A stretch of 64,000 nt of DNA, taken from assembly GCA_965224705.1 (NCBI GenBank), contig OZ245056.1, positions 1,664,001-1,728,000 on the forward strand, written 5' to 3'. The DNA comes from Spirochaetaceae bacterium (GTDB taxonomy: Bacteria; Spirochaetota; Spirochaetia; DSM-2461). The position numbers were made by a program, and so were the translations under genes. Positions 63,139-64,000 of this stretch are shown one piece after another (the stretch's first letter is position 1; the number at the start of each line of letters is the position of its first letter). The notes under the pieces are model-generated. The model made no database searches and was not told the DNA's origin. It saw only the letters and a program-made list of their open reading frames with translations.

Positions 63139-64000
63139 TCAAATTCCCTTAACCGCCCGTTCCACCTTCCATCTTTCCGCGCGTTCAAGAACCAGATCCT
63201 GGGCGAGGGGAGCCATGGTTAAGCCTTCAGGGGCTCCTATGGATAATGCGGCCAGGTGACCATCGACAAAGCATGGGCGCCAGAGTGCGGTTCCGACTTC
63301 CCAGGTTTCTGCGGTCTTGAACTGGGCGACAGGTCCCGCCGAAAACCAGAAGCCGCCGAATACCTCACATTTTAGTCGGTAAGGAGGGTTTTCGTTTTTC
63401 ACTTTCCGGCCAAGCATGCTCAGAGCGGCCAGATGTCCCTGCTCTTCGGCGGAACGCCACAGACCGGTCGTCGTGCCGTCGGGATGCTCCGCACAGTCTC
63501 CCGCCGCCCAGATATGCGGCTGCGAAGTGCGCAGGCTTGAATCGACTGCTATACCGCGCCCTATGTCAAGTCCCGCCGATTGGGCTAAACGTATCTCAGG
63601 TTCCGAACCAAGGGTGAGAACCCCATAATCGGCGCTGAATTTGCCCTCTCGAGTTTGAAACTCCAGACCTCCGCCCCCATCAATCAGGCGGACTTCTTCA
63701 ATGGATTGACCAAAAACCAGATCGACACCAGCGTCAGACAGTTTTCGAGTCAGGAGATTGGCTGTCATGGAATCCAGATATTCCGCCAGCGGGTACTCGG
63801 ATCGTCCAATCAGGGTAACATGCAGACCGGCCTCGGTTAGCTGCCATGCGGCCTCCACACCGAGTACTCCCGCACCAGCAACGATGATTTCTTTCACTTG
63901 AGGGATTTTTTTGTTCAGAGTTCGCCCATCATCTTCAGTCCAGAGCGTACTCCATTTTCCGGCAGGCATGATGAAGGGTATTCGAGGACGGGCTCCAGTG
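63139..64000 (-). CDS. FAD-dependent pyridine nucleotide-disulphide oxidoreductase (rubredoxin/ferredoxin reductase-like), 5' part outside window
   Basis: GAGVLGVE, GIAVD..LRTS.P.IWAAGDCAE and A.EQG.LAA motifs; the N-terminal FAD motif is missing, so the gene continues past the edge. Confidence 0.8.
   Translation of the reverse strand, partial: TGARPRIPFIMPAGKWSTLWTEDDGRTLNKKIPQVKEIIVAGAGVLGVEAAWQLTEAGLHVTLIGRSEYPLAEYLDSMTANLLTRKLSDAGVDLVFGQSIEEVRLIDGGGGLEFQTREGKFSADYGVLTLGSEPEIRLAQSAGLDIGRGIAVDSSLRTSQPHIWAAGDCAEHPDGTTTGLWRSAEEQGHLAALSMLGRKVKNENPPYRLKCEVFGGFWFSAGPVAQFKTAETWEVGTALWRPCFVDGHLAALSIGAPEGLTMAPLAQDLVLERAERWKVERAVKGI

Overview
Bacterial genomic window, probably from a free-living or symbiotic spirochaete (inferred from lipoprotein-rich content and gene styles; not proven). 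It has six parts. (1) 1.5-20.9 kb: a 13-gene minus-strand anaerobic purine/urate catabolism cluster with an hyuA/allantoinase-like amidohydrolase, ygfK, ssnA, ygeY, two PLP enzymes, two molybdenum hydroxylase sets, a deaminase and ygeW. (2) 21-27 kb: a decayed accessory zone with MITEs, IS3/IS30 scraps, a split and inverted AAA-nuclease pseudogene, an FGE/CLec-fold lipoprotein that looks like a remote DGR target, and small gene fragments. (3) 27-35 kb: a MacAB-TolC-type exporter and a DUF3179-like protein. (4) 35.6-42.8 kb: a ~2400-aa Ig/FN3/beta-helix surface lipoprotein with a structured leader. (5) 43-52 kb: ribose uptake genes (rbsDACB, rbsK) separated by nested MITEs and a 3-kb composite element carrying an acyl-CoA ligase. 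(6) 52.5-60.7 kb: a tandem array of four intact, mosaic AAA-ATPase/PD-(D/E)XK nuclease genes with conserved hairpin spacers, followed by glnS, a methyltransferase and a partial flavoprotein. No rRNA, tRNA or CRISPR array was seen. All calls are from reading the sequence; no database searches were run.
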